A stretch of DNA of 64,000 nucleotides from an uncultured Chitinophagaceae bacterium (GCA_963847085.1 CAWJYO010000004.1:38636-102635), one strand, 5' to 3'; counted from the first letter of the stretch, positions 22,366 to 34,068 are shown. The notes: generated by a model from the sequence alone, not told the origin. Translations and numbers: made by a program.

Positions 22366-23625
22366 GTGCGATTTCCAATTAGCATAATAAAGAAGCGATT
22401 CCAAAAAATACAAAAGCGCAACTGGATTGTTTTGTCCATCGTTGCCGTTGTTTATTTTGGTAATCTTTTTTGCGTCTCGCTCAATCATTATACAATACAA
22501 AATGCGGCTGAAAATAACGACGAAAACAAATATGTTGGTTCTGCTGCGTGCCAGCCTTGTCATGCTGATGTGTATCAATCTTATGTTCATACCGCACATT
22601 ATTTAACCTCTCGCCCGGCTTCAAAGGAAAGCATTAAAGGCAGCTTCGATTCGGGCAAAAACAAATACGTGTACAACCAATTTATGTTGGTTCAAATGGA
22701 TAATTTTGGCGATAGCTTTTACCAAACCGCAATGGTAAACGGAGTACCTATTGAAAGTGAACCGTTTGATATTTCTGTAGGTTCGGGAAGGAAAGGACAA
22801 ACTTATTTGTTTTGGAACGATAATAAACTATTTCAGTTGCCGGTTTCTTACTATACGGCTTTGAATAGCTGGTGCAATAGTCCGGGTTATCCTTCTACCT
22901 TAAGCAGCTTTAGCCGGCAAATAAACGGGCAATGTTTAGAATGCCATGGCACGTATGCAGACATTAAAGTAACGCCCGATGTGGGAACTTTGTTCGACAA
23001 AAGCAGCGTGATCTATGGCATTGAATGTGAACGATGCCACGGTGCTGCGGCACAGCATGTGGCGTATTACAAAGCCCATCCAACCGATACGGTTGCGAAG
23101 TACATAATTGCAACCAAATACTTAGCGCGCCAACAAAAGCTGGATGCCTGTGCGCTTTGCCATTCAGGTGCAAGAAAAGAAAAGCAAGCACCGTTTTCAT
23201 TTCGGGTAGGAGATAAGCTGGATGATTTTTCAGCGCCCAATTACAATACAGATTCAACGGCAATGCTGGATGTGCATGGCAACCAATATGGTTTGCTCTC
23301 TGCCAGCAAATGCTTTCAGATGTCGCAGATGGATTGCTCATCGTGTCACAATGTTCATCAAACGGAAAGAAATGTGATGCAAACTTTTTCGCAGCGCTGT
23401 ATGAACTGTCATACCGAAGCATCACACAACACCTGCACCTTTCAACCACCGAAAGGAATCAAGCTGAGTGATAACTGTGTTGATTGCCACATGCCTCTTT
23501 TGCCTTCCAAAAAAATCTTTTTGCAATTGGCTGATAAGCGACAATCAACTGCCGATTTCGTGCGAATGCATAGAATAGCCATCTATCCAAAAGAAACAAA
23601 AGAGTACATTGAAAAGATGACGTAG
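22366..23625 (+). CDS. Multihaem c-type cytochrome
   Basis: Seven CxxCH motifs (CQPCH, CLECH, CERCH, CALCH, CSSCH, CMNCH, CVDCH), N-terminal TM anchor; TATATTTG -7 motif at 22342-22349. Confidence 0.88.
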   Translation: MRFPISIIKKRFQKIQKRNWIVLSIVAVVYFGNLFCVSLNHYTIQNAAENNDENKYVGSAACQPCHADVYQSYVHTAHYLTSRPASKESIKGSFDSGKNKYVYNQFMLVQMDNFGDSFYQTAMVNGVPIESEPFDISVGSGRKGQTYLFWNDNKLFQLPVSYYTALNSWCNSPGYPSTLSSFSRQINGQCLECHGTYADIKVTPDVGTLFDKSSVIYGIECERCHGAAAQHVAYYKAHPTDTVAKYIIATKYLARQQKLDACALCHSGARKEKQAPFSFRVGDKLDDFSAPNYNTDSTAMLDVHGNQYGLLSASKCFQMSQMDCSSCHNVHQTERNVMQTFSQRCMNCHTEASHNTCTFQPPKGIKLSDNCVDCHMPLLPSKKIFLQLADKRQSTADFVRMHRIAIYPKETKEYIEKMT

Positions 23626-23656
23626 AAAAAACGGGTAAAAACAAAAGTGATTGCCA

Positions 23657-24457
23657 TCAATCGGTACTGATATTATCCAACTCTTCTGTGAGTTCGTCAT
23701 CCGTTACTTCAATCTTGTAATAAGTAATGTGCAGATTGATAATCTGCGAATATGGAATGATAAAAAATTGGCCGGGCAAACGATAATACCTTTCATCCGA
23801 TTCATTGTCTAACATATCATTATCTGTCCTATCATCTTTTAAATAACGGCGTTTTACATTGGTCAAATAAATGCGGTCAATGCCGCCATCTCTGCTCAAT
23901 ACGTAATCGGCAAGAATGCCGGTGTAAATAATCGTTCCCTGATCGCTTTTTACCAAAACATCAATATAGCGGATCGAAATATCATCGGCGTTGCCGGGCA
24001 CACGCGGAAAATCTAATATCTCGCCACTAAAAATATAATGCCATTCGTTTTGAAAACGGAACAATTTAAACTTGCGGTCGAGCTTTAATTTTCGAACGAT
24101 ATACTTAGCCATCAAACCTGCTATTGCTGCTAAAAAACTTACAGCAATAAAGTAACTTACAATGCCCATAGCATGAGCATAAATGCTTTGAAAAGCAGCC
24201 GTAACTCTCGCACCATCGCTGGTGCCGCTTAGTAATGTACCAAGCGTAGCAATATCAATGTTGTAATGATGACGAATGAATAGAAAATAACCGGCAATAT
24301 GCAGCAAGGCGCTAGGGAGAATGGCCGCCACGAGTAAGTCAGTAATGGTTTGTTTAAAATATTCTCTTGAAAATTCTTCGGTATAATAAAACCGTCTGAA
24401 AATGAAACCAGGGTAAAGAAGAACGAGTAGAAAAAGGGTAGCTAATGCAATGTTCAT
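23657..24457 (-). CDS. hypothetical membrane protein (3 TM plus acidic soluble C-terminal domain)
   Basis: 266-aa ORF with N-terminal hydrophobic helices. Confidence 0.7.
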   Translation of the reverse strand: MNIALATLFLLVLLYPGFIFRRFYYTEEFSREYFKQTITDLLVAAILPSALLHIAGYFLFIRHHYNIDIATLGTLLSGTSDGARVTAAFQSIYAHAMGIVSYFIAVSFLAAIAGLMAKYIVRKLKLDRKFKLFRFQNEWHYIFSGEILDFPRVPGNADDISIRYIDVLVKSDQGTIIYTGILADYVLSRDGGIDRIYLTNVKRRYLKDDRTDNDMLDNESDERYYRLPGQFFIIPYSQIINLHITYYKIEVTDDELTEELDNISTD

Positions 24458-24472
24458 TGAAGGAAGAAAAGG

Positions 24473-24652
24473 TTATTTTTTATAAGCACCGACACGCACA
24501 ACAGCAATTTGTCCGTTCAGCGATGTGCCGGTGTCGGTCATGTTGTTATGTCGCTCAGCTTCGATAGCTTGCAGTACATCTTTTAATTTGCCTGCTTTTG
24601 CCAGCTTTAAAACTGTGTCGCTGATAATAACGGGTGCGGTACTCCACTTCAT
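24473..24652 (-). CDS. small hypothetical protein (59 aa)
   Basis: MKWSTAPVIISD...; ends 15 bp before the next gene in the same orientation. Confidence 0.5.
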   Translation of the reverse strand: MKWSTAPVIISDTVLKLAKAGKLKDVLQAIEAERHNNMTDTGTSLNGQIAVVRVGAYKK

Positions 24653-24830
24653 AAAAACGCTTGAATTGTAACTGCAAGTTAGGAAATAAATTAATAATGA
24701 ATTTTGTTGATAAAATGACAAGCGTTAAAGCCCTTGTTTAATAAGGCTTCGAGCCTCGCAGTTGCGAGTGCAACGAACAATCTGTGGTGCTCTAAGTATC
24801 ACTTCTTCTAACAAATTATTATTGTAAAAC

Positions 24831-24859
24831 AAAAGGTCTTGCTTATGGCAAGACCTTTT
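24831..24859 (-). terminator. Rho-independent terminator of the sdh operon
   Basis: AAAAGGTCTTGC-N5-GCAAGACCTTTT perfect hairpin just past the sdhB stop. Confidence 0.8.
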
Positions 24860-24876
24860 CCAATAAAAGTTAGTAA

Positions 24877-25641
24877 TTACTTATCATCTTCCAAAGAAGC
24901 CATAAAATATTCTCTGTTTAGCCGCGCAATGTTGGCAAGCGAAATATCTTTTGGGCAAGTAGCTTCACATGCACCGATGTTAGTGCAGGCGCCGAAGCCT
25001 TCTTTGTCATGTTGCGTTACCATATCAATCACACGCGTTTTGCGTTCCGGTGCACCTTGCGGTAATAATGCGAGGTGCGACACCTTAGCTGATAAAAACA
25101 ACATGGCCGAACTGTTTTTGCAGGCTGCCACACAAGCACCACAGGCAATGCACATGGCGGCACCAAATGCACTGTCGGCCTTTTCTTTTTCAATGGGAAT
25201 CGTATTGCCATCTACTGCATTGCCGGTGTTGACAGAAATATAACCACCGGCTTGTATGATTCTGTCGAACGCCGAACGGTCGGTCATTAAATCTTTAATC
25301 ACCGGGAAAGCCTTTGCCCGCCATGGTTCTACCGTAATGGTATCGCCATCTTTATAAGCCCGCATGTGAAGCTGGCAAACGGTATTGTGCTGCCAGGGAC
25401 CATGCGGCTTGCCATCTACATACATCGAGCAGGAGCCGCAAATGCCTTCGCGGCAATCATGGTCAAATGCAATGGGTTCTTCACCTTTGGTAACAAGCTG
25501 TTCGTTCAGCACATCAAACATTTCAAGGAAGCTCATTTCGCTGGAAATGTCTTTTACTTGATACGTTTCAAATCTGCCTTCTGCTTGGCTATCCTGTTGC
25601 CGCCACACTTTGAGTGTGAGATTCATATTGTAGTGTTCCAT
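24877..25641 (-). CDS. sdhB: Succinate dehydrogenase/fumarate reductase iron-sulfur subunit
   Basis: [20 protein letters not shown] and [12 protein letters not shown] Fe-S motifs. Confidence 0.95.
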   Translation of the reverse strand: MEHYNMNLTLKVWRQQDSQAEGRFETYQVKDISSEMSFLEMFDVLNEQLVTKGEEPIAFDHDCREGICGSCSMYVDGKPHGPWQHNTVCQLHMRAYKDGDTITVEPWRAKAFPVIKDLMTDRSAFDRIIQAGGYISVNTGNAVDGNTIPIEKEKADSAFGAAMCIACGACVAACKNSSAMLFLSAKVSHLALLPQGAPERKTRVIDMVTQHDKEGFGACTNIGACEATCPKDISLANIARLNREYFMASLEDDK

Positions 25642-25647
25642 GCCGAC

Positions 25648-26088
25648 TTATATTTTTTCTGAAAACTGGTTGATACGAACTATTATCTTACCACCAGATT
25701 TCCTTACTATTTCTTCAAGTTTAAAATATTCCTTATTGCGTATGTCAGGTGTGCGGTTCTTTGTTGCGATGACGCGAGCATGTTGAACCGCAGTTTGTTC
25801 AATGTTAACATTGCTAACAGTACTTAAAATTTGTTTGTAAGCCTCATTTATATCTTCACCTTTTAATTCAATCCAATAGTAAATATTCACTTTTCTTCTT
25901 TCTACAAAAAGCAAGTAATCGCATCTTTTTTCTGTTCTGTTTTTAAATACTTTTTTGTCAATTGCCCATTTCTTTATAATAAATTTTGATTCGTTTATCA
26001 AAGTAAAAGAACGTCCGTTTTCTTCTACTGTCGGATTGGATACATCTTTACCATACTCGTATTCGTAATCATCCAGATTAACTTTCAT
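25648..26088 (-). CDS. hypothetical protein with PD-(D/E)xK-like motif, partner of the ATPase
   Basis: 146 aa from ATG 26088 (overlapping the ATPase stop); KRCDYLLF...WIELKG...AYKQI. Confidence 0.65.
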   Translation of the reverse strand: MKVNLDDYEYEYGKDVSNPTVEENGRSFTLINESKFIIKKWAIDKKVFKNRTEKRCDYLLFVERRKVNIYYWIELKGEDINEAYKQILSTVSNVNIEQTAVQHARVIATKNRTPDIRNKEYFKLEEIVRKSGGKIIVRINQFSEKI

Positions 26089-27196
26089 TAACACTAGCAA
26101 ATCTGATGTTAGAAATTTTATCCCAATCACTGTTTAATGTTCTGCTTACTTCATCTATTTCACCAGCATCAATTTGTTGTAAGTCAATATCCATAATATT
26201 TTTCGCTGTTCCGTCGGGAAATAGCCTGTAAGCAGAGACATCATCTGGATTTAACCAATATTTTTTTTCAATGATTGCATCCACTTCTGCTTCATGTTCT
26301 TGTCCTACTTTATAAGCATATAACAAGTTGTTGAGTGATGTAAGAATATAAGGACTATGCGTTGTAATCAAAAGCTGATTAGAATAATCCATTTTATTAT
26401 TCATTTTCCTGTGCGCAATACGTTCGCTTAAATAACTAACCAGTTTATATTGTGTTTCAGGGAAAAGATTCAACTCGGGCTCCTCAATTGCTAAATAATT
26501 TTTTATATCTGAATTGCTTATGTTTTTTTTATCAGAGATAATATTATCAAAAACAACTAATAAAGTAATTAAATTTTGTATTCCTGTAGAAGCTTCTTCT
26601 AGATTTAATTGCTTCCCAGATGGTAATGTAATAAAACTTCTATTGTTAATATAACTGTATTTGACATCAATAATATTTGTATAATCAAAAGATGTTTGTT
26701 TCAATTTAGCATCATTGAATTTATTGCCAAATCTTAAAAGTAATCTTGGTATTGGAGTTCTTAATTCTGTTAATCCAAATAAAGAATCTGCTATGATTGT
26801 AATTAATTCTCTTTCGGCAGGTATGTAATTAAAATTATAACCTAAATTTTCCTCTAAAGTTAATTTTCGAAGTGATTGTATTTGAAGCTTCACCACCTCT
26901 AAATTCAAACTTATAAGCAGAATGGTTGTAAGTTATTTTAAGTATTTGGATGTAAGTAACTTTGAATCCCCATTATACTTAAGTATTCAAGAAACAATTG
27001 AGTTTCCCTGATTTTGAGAATCGTTTTTCGCAAGGTCAAAAAGTTCTCTAAAGAAGGTGTTTTGGATAACTATTAAAACCTTCGCCACTGTACTCTTTCC
27101 TGTTGCCTGTTCACCAATCAAAATAGTAAACCGTTTCAGTTTGAGTTCCACTGATTCAATCGGTCCAAAATTTTTTATGATTAATGTTTCTTCCAC
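26078..27196 (-). CDS. ABC-type ATPase of the AAA_15/AAA_21 (AbiEii/OLD-like) class (frameshifted near 26900-27000)
   Basis: IKNFGPI, Walker A GEQATGKST, signature ASTGIQ, Walker B LAIEEPELNLFP and H-loop ITTHSPY. Confidence 0.85.
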
Positions 27197-27201
27197 AAAC
27201 T

Positions 27202-29175
27202 CTACTTATAATTTCTCTGCGTTGGATGATCACTTCATAATCCAATGGTTCTTTTTCCAAATCCCAATTGCTATCGCCGTTGTATTTCCAGGCAGAAACA
27301 AACATATAGTTGGCATCATCGCGAAGCGCTTCGCCTTCTTCCGTTTGATATTCTTCGCGGAAATGCCCGCCACAGCTTTCGTTACGGTCCAGCGCATCTT
27401 TGCACATCAGTTCTCCCAGCTCCATAAAGTCGGCAACGCGACCGGCTTTGTCCAGTTCATTATTCACGCCCACTGCACTGCCCGGAATTTTTACATCGCT
27501 CCAAAATTCTTTTCGCAATGCTTTTATTTCCTCTATCGCTTCTGTTAAACCTTCTTTGTTACGAGCCATTCCACATTTGTCCCACATGATTTTGCCCAAG
27601 CCGTTTATGAAAGCTTTCTACCGTTTGTTTGCCCTGAACTTTTAATAACGTGTTGATGCGGTCAGCCACTTTTTTCTCTGTCTCTGCAAATGCAGGATGG
27701 TCGGTAGGTATTTCTTTCGTTCTGATTTCATCTGCCAGGTAGTTGCCAATGGTATAGGGAATCACAAAGTAACCATCTGCCAATCCTTGCATCAAGGCAC
27801 TCGCTCCCAAACGATTCGCTCCGTGATCGCTAAAGTTAGCTTCACCGAGGCAATACAAGCCGGGAACCGTTGTTTGCAATTCATAATCTACCCACAAGCC
27901 ACCCATTGTATAATGCACAGCCGGATAAATACGCATCGGCACTTCATACGGATTTTCGCCTGTAATTTTTTCATACATATCAAACAGGTTTCCGTATTTT
28001 TCCTTTACCACTTCCAGGCCATAATGACGTTGCTGTTCCGGTGTAGGATTGGAAATGCCATGTTTATTACATTCCACACGTCCGTAGCGCATTACCGCAT
28101 CGGCATAATCGAGATACACGGCTTGTTTCGATGTGCCAACACCATAACCCCCATCGCAGCGTTCTTTGGCAGCCCGGCTTGCCACATCCCGCGGAACAAG
28201 GTTGCCAAAGGCGGGGTATCTTCTTTCGAGATAATAATCTCTTTCGTCTTCCGGTATGTCGTTGGGTTTGCGAGTGTCGCCCTTCTTTTTCGGAACCCAG
28301 ATGCGGCCGTCGTTGCGAAGGGATTCCGACATCAGTGTAAGTTTACTTTGATGCTCGCCACTTACCGGAATACAGGTAGGATGAATTTGCGTAAAACAAG
28401 GATTGGCAAAGTAAGCGCCCTGCTTGTGTGCTTTCCAGGCTGCGGTTACATTACAACCCATGGCATTGGTGCTTAAATAAAACACATTGCCATAACCGCC
28501 GGAAGCCAATATTACTGCATGACCAAAATACCGTTCTAATTCGCCCGTAATTAGGTTTCGCGCAATAATGCCACGCGCTTTGCCATCAACCATTACCAAA
28601 TCCAACATTTCGTGGCGACTGTACATTTTTACGTTGCCCAATGCTACCTGACGTTCAAGCGCCTGGTAAGCACCTATTAATAATTGTTGTCCGGTTTGCC
28701 CCGCAGCGTAAAATGTGCGTTGCACCTGCACGCCGCCAAAGCTGCGGTTGCTTAGCAAGCCGCCATATTCGCGGGCAAAAGGAACGCCTTGTGCCACGCA
28801 TTGGTCAATAATGTTTACACTTACTTCGGCAAGACGATGCACATTGCCTTCGCGGGAACGATAATCGCCGCCTTTAATGGTGTCATAAAAAAGGCGAAAC
28901 ACGCTATCGCCGTCATTCTGGTAATTTTTAGCAGCATTAATTCCGCCTTGTGCCGCAATTGAATGCGCACGACGCGGAGAATCCTGGTAGCAAAATGCTT
29001 TTACGCTGTAGCCCATTTCTCCTAAAGAAGCAGCCGCGCTGGCACCGGCCAACCCGGTTCCTACAATAATGATTTCCAGCTTGCGCTTGTTGGCAGGGTT
29101 CACCAGTTTGCAATGCCCTTTGTATTCAACCCATTTTTCTTCTAACTTTCCTGCCGGTGTTTTTGAATCCAACAT
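27202..29175 (-). CDS. sdhA: Succinate dehydrogenase/fumarate reductase flavoprotein subunit (frameshifts near 27595 and 27230)
   Basis: [33 protein letters not shown] and RNESCGGH motifs; corrected end ...[11 protein letters not shown] at 27202. Confidence 0.93.
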
Positions 29176-29258
29176 AGTGGTCAAGAATTATTTTTAAACT
29201 GATTGCTTTATAAAACTACAATCATCAATAACTAATACTAAATATTCAATCTTACTCA

Positions 29259-29960
29259 TTACTTAACCCACCCAAGGTACATGCTGATGGGCATGGAAGC
29301 AAAGCCAATGGTAACGATTACCGAAAACCAGTTGCCTAAAACAATTAACATGCGTTGGTACTTGCGGTTGTGAACACCCAACGTGCGGAATGAGCTTTGA
29401 AAACCGTGCGCTAAATGATAGCCCAATGAGATGCATCCCAACACATACAGAACCACTACCCAGGAATGCGAAAACACTTCTCTCATCCGGCTAAATAAAT
29501 CATGCACTATGTCGCCGTTCTGTACCCGCACTTCAGGCAGATTTCCAAAGCGAGATGGCACCCAAAACTGTGCAATATGAACAATTAAAAACAGCAAAAC
29601 CAAAGTTCCCAGCAAGCCCATGCTACGGCTGTACCAGCGGCTGCCACGGTTGCCATAAGCAATGGCATATTGCGTGTTTCGCTTTTGCATGTTGTAGTTG
29701 GCAAGCATCAAACCCTGAATGATGTGAATAAAAAATAAGACGAACAAGCCAATTTCCATTACGCGTATCAAAAACGTAGAACCCATAAAGTGAGCCGCCC
29801 GGTTAAACACAATGCCATGATCAGTTTTATCAAATAATGTATTAAAAATGCAGGCATTAATGCTAATATGAACGATTAAAAAAAGGATGAGAAAAATTCC
29901 GGTGAGCGACATCACTATTTTTCTACCAATTGAAGAGGTAAAAACACGTTTCCACGTCAT
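29259..29960 (-). CDS. sdhC: Succinate dehydrogenase cytochrome b subunit
   Basis: SSIGRKIVMSLTG, five TM helices, HLAHGFQSSFRTLG; first gene of sdhCAB. Confidence 0.92.
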   Translation of the reverse strand: MTWKRVFTSSIGRKIVMSLTGIFLILFLIVHISINACIFNTLFDKTDHGIVFNRAAHFMGSTFLIRVMEIGLFVLFFIHIIQGLMLANYNMQKRNTQYAIAYGNRGSRWYSRSMGLLGTLVLLFLIVHIAQFWVPSRFGNLPEVRVQNGDIVHDLFSRMREVFSHSWVVVLYVLGCISLGYHLAHGFQSSFRTLGVHNRKYQRMLIVLGNWFSVIVTIGFASMPISMYLGWVK

Positions 29961-29990
29961 ATAGATGCAATTCTTTTTAAGTGAACCGAA

Positions 29991-29998
29991 CAAAGGTA
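29991..29998 (-). promoter_or_regulatory. Bacteroidota housekeeping -7 promoter element for sdhCAB
   Basis: TACCTTTG fits the TAnnTTTG consensus, 30 bp upstream of the ATG at 29960. Confidence 0.6.
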
Positions 29999-30148
29999 AG
30001 TCACAAAACGGTAAAATTTGGTTTTGTTGCAAAACCAAAACAGGCTTTATAAAATTGTTTAAATAAAGAAGTAGGATAGTAACAAACGATTTGTTTTTGC
30101 CCGAATTTTCTTATAAAGAATATTATTTTGTGCGGCGAATTCACACCC

Positions 30149-31847
30149 ATGAAACTTGTATCAATTGCCGTATTCTTTCTTTTTGTTATGATGAATGCAG
30201 ATGCGCAACACTTTTACGATGCATCGCCCGAAGCAGCGCAGTGGGTAAATAATACGTTTCAAAAACTTACTAAAAAGCAACGCATTGCGCAGTTGATGGT
30301 GGTAAGACTAAGCGCGAGAACCGACACTGGCATTTTGTTTTACAACGATAAAGTAGAAAAAGAAATCAGGAAGTATAACATTGGTTCGGTGTGTTTGTTC
30401 CAGGGAAGTCCGGTACAGCAGGCAACATTTATTAATGACTTTCAAGGCATTGCCAAAATACCTATTTTATTTTGCATTGATGGCGAAACCGGCCTGGGAA
30501 TGCGGCTCGACAGCGTAGCCAAATTTCCTGATCAGATTACCATTGGTGCTGTGAACGATTCATCGCTTGTCTATCGCATTGGGCAGGCAATTGGAAAGCA
30601 ATGCAAGCGCATTGGCATACGAGTCAATTATGCGCCGGTGGTTGATGTGAACAACAACGCCAACAATCCGGTCATTAACTTTCGATCCTTTGGTCAAAAC
30701 AAATACAAAGTAGCGGAATATGGAACGGCAATGATGAAAGGCATACAAAGCCAAAACGTGATGGCTTGTGCTAAACATTTTCCCGGTCATGGCGATGTAG
30801 CGGTGGATTCACATTTGGATTTGCCCATTATTCACAAGTCGCTCGCACAGTTGGATTCACTCGAATTGTATCCGTTCAGGCAAGTGTTTAGTGCAGGCAT
30901 TGGCAGCGTAATGATTGCGCATCTTTCCATTCCGGCAATAGACAGCACGCCACATTTGCCAACCTCTTTATCATCCAAAAATGTAACTGGTTTGCTTCGC
31001 GATGAACTTCATTTTAATGGCATTTCGTTTACCGATGCATTGGAGATGAAAGGCGTTGCCAAATACTATCCGCAAGGCGCTGCTGCAGTGCAAAGTTTAA
31101 TTGCGGGAAACGATATGCTTTGCCTGCCGGGCAATGTAAAAGATTGCATTAAACAAATCAGAAAAGCCATTCGTAAAAAAGAGCTGCATTGGAGCAATAT
31201 TGATAACAGCGTGAAGAAAGTTTTGCTCGCAAAATACAATTTGGGATTGAATGAAAAGCCTTATGTAAATACGGAAAATCTTACGATTGATTTGAACAAA
31301 GATGTGAATGCCTTGCGAAGGGAAACAGCGCAAAAAGCCATTACATTATTATCATTGCAAAACAAAGAACTATTGCCTTTGCCAACAGGTAAAAAAGTAG
31401 CGTTTGTTGGTTTTGGAGTGAAAACAAAACAATGTGTTTGCTGATGCTATCAAAAGCCACTACAATGCTGATGTGTATTGGATTTCATACAAAGACAGCA
31501 CAGGCAAAAATGATTCTGTTTTGCGTGCTTTGCAAAAGGATTACGATGCCATTGTCATCGGCATTCATGGGCTCACAAAATATCCTTCCAATAATTTCGG
31601 AATGAGCCAAAAAACGGTTTCAGTACTCAATCAAATTGTGGCAAAACCAAACGCTGTTACGTTTTTATTTGGCAATCCGTATGCAGTTAAAAATGTTTGT
31701 AACGCAGCGAACTTGCTGGCTTGCTATGAAGATGATGCCATCTTTCAGCAAGCGGCATTTGAAGTGTTGAAAGGAACAATAAAACCAAACGGTACGTTGC
31801 CGGTAACGGTTTGTGAGAAGTATGCGTTTGGAAGCGGAATCTTATAA
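30149..31847 (+). CDS. GH3 beta-N-acetylglucosaminidase (NagZ-like; frameshift near 31430)
   Basis: KHFPGHGDVAVDSH motif, FTDALEMKG, C-terminal GH3_C domain. Confidence 0.85.
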
Positions 31848-31852
31848 AATTT

Positions 31853-32766
31853 CTATTGAATTTTTGTATTGATATAGCCAATCATATTTTCCCGTTCATC
31901 CGGCGCAAACCATTGTATTTGCTCATCTTTTTTAAACCATGTCATCTGTCGTTTGGCGTAATGACGTGTGTTTTGTTTTACCACATTTATTGCAATCTTG
32001 CAAGCTTATTTTATCATCCAGAATAATCAAACAACTCTTTGTAGCCAACGGTTTGTAAAGCGTTCAGTTTTTGGTGCAAAACCAAACCTTCAACTTCCTC
32101 CAACAAACCTTCACCCATCATCTCATCTACCCGAAGATTAATGCGATCATACAATACATTTCTCTTTAATTCCAAACCGATTTTGATGATGTTGAACGGC
32201 CGTTCTACCGGGGTTTGGTTTTGATAAAAAAGAATAGAATTTCCTGTTGCATACAGCACTTCCAATGCACGCATTAAACGTTGCGGATTGTGCCGTTCTG
32301 CCACTTGCCAGTAGGCTGCATCTTTTTGTTGTAGTTCGTTTTGCAAAAAAGAAATGCCCCCATTTTTGTACTGATTGATTACATGATTGCGAACATCATC
32401 AGGCACAGTTGGAATATCGTCCAAACCTTCACAAAATGCTTTGATGTACAAGCCTGTTCCACCAACAACAATGGCGATGTTTTGTTTTGCAAAAATTTCA
32501 TCCGCACATTGTAATGCGTATTCTTCAAACAAGGCAGCGTTTACCGTTTGATGAATGGAATGCGAGTTGATAAAATAATGATGAACCGCTGAAAGCTGCG
32601 CCGCTGTTGGTTTTGCAACGCCTATGTTCAATTCTTTATAACATTGCCGCGAATCGGCAGAAATAATTTGTGTGTTGAAATATTGCGCAAGTTGTATTGC
32701 AGCCGCCGTTTTACCAACTGCCGTTGCACCGGCAATAACGATAACTGTGTTTTGTTTTTTCGGCAA
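31853..32766 (-). CDS. miaA: tRNA dimethylallyltransferase (frameshifts near 3' end)
   Basis: GATAVGKT, ISADSRQ, VGGTGLY and TVGYKE; shifted frame gives TRHYAKRQMTWF to a TAG at 31853. Confidence 0.92.
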
Positions 32767-32810
32767 AAGAATAAAGAAGATTTATTAACTTTTACATTTT
32801 GACAAATACA

Positions 32811-32903
32811 GAACCACAAAGGCGCAAAGAAAAGAAGTTACACAAAGGATTTTCTTTAATAGTCTTAGTGAAACTTTGTGTTCTTCGTGTCTCAGTGGTT
32901 CAA
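32811..32903 (-). repeat. Dispersed ~90-bp palindromic repeat, copy 2
   Basis: Reverse complement aligns with both arms of 19916-20007. Confidence 0.7.
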
Positions 32904-32906
32904 TAA

Positions 32907-34068
32907 TTACTTCGAGAAAACATAGGTTGTAATGTCTTCCAGCATGATGGTTGGGCCCGATAAGAATCATCAAACGTTCCACCACGTTGTTCAGTTCACG
33001 AATGTTGCCCGTCCAGTTGTGATGAACGAGCGCATCCATCGCACGGTCGCTGATTTGCTTTAGCGGCTGGTTGTATTCTTCAGCAACATCTTGCAAAAAT
33101 TTATTTACCAGCAAAGGAATATCGCTTCTGCGCTCGTTCAGCGAAGGCACATGAATTAAAATCACGCTTAAACGGTGATACAAATCGAGCCTGAAGTTTT
33201 TGGCTTCCACTTCTTTCAGCAAGTCTTTGTTGGTAGCCGTTACCACGCGTACATCCACTTCAATTTCTTTATCGCCACCCACGCGTGTAATGCGTCCTTC
33301 CTGCAAGGCACGCAACACTTTTGCCTGCGCACTAAGGCTCATATCGCCCACTTCATCCAAAAACAAAGTGCCTCCGTTTGCCTGCTCAAATTTGCCAATG
33401 CGTTGCTTGATGGCCGAAGTAAAAGACCCTTTTTCATGACCGAACAATTCGCTTTCTATCAACTCGCTTGGAATGGCTGCACAATTCACTTCAACCAGCG
33501 GACCTTCAGCGCGGTTGCTTTTGTGATGTATCCACCGTGCCACCAATTCTTTACCCGAGCCATTTTCGCCCGTAATCAAAACCCGTGCATCGGTTGGCGC
33601 TACTTTATCAATGGTATCTTTAATGCGCATAATGCCTTCCGATTCGCCAATCATTTCCTGTACGCGGCTTATTTTTTTGCGCAGCGTTTTGGTTTCTTTG
33701 CTCAGTTTGTTTTTATCCATCGCATTGCGAATGGTAATGAGCATCCGGTTTAAATCAGGTGGCTTGCTGATGTAATCAAAAGCACCTTTTTTTACCGCAT
33801 CTACTGCTGTTTCTATGTTTCCATGACCACTTACCATGATGATGGGCACATCAGGGTTGTGGGCAGTTGCTTTATCTAAAAATTCAATGCCATCCATGCG
33901 CGGCATTTTAATATCGCACAGCACGGCATCGTAGTTCTTCTCCTGAAACATTTTCAAACCTTCTTCACCGTCAATGGCTTCTTTAACCTTGTAGCCTTCA
34001 AACACAAGAATATCACATAATGTTTTCCGGATGGCGCGTTCATCATCTATTAATAAAATATTCGACAT
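32907..34068 (-). CDS. Sigma-54-dependent response regulator (NtrC/NtrX family; 3' frameshift)
   Basis: REC domain, GENGSGKE, ESELFGHEKGSFTSA and WTGNIREL; corrected end ...TTYVFSK-TAA at 32907. Confidence 0.9.

Noticed and set aside
27697-28476. Long antisense ORFs over sdhA (also over the NtrC-family gene, 33175-33753)
   Set aside because: Shadow ORFs of conserved genes with no independent motifs.
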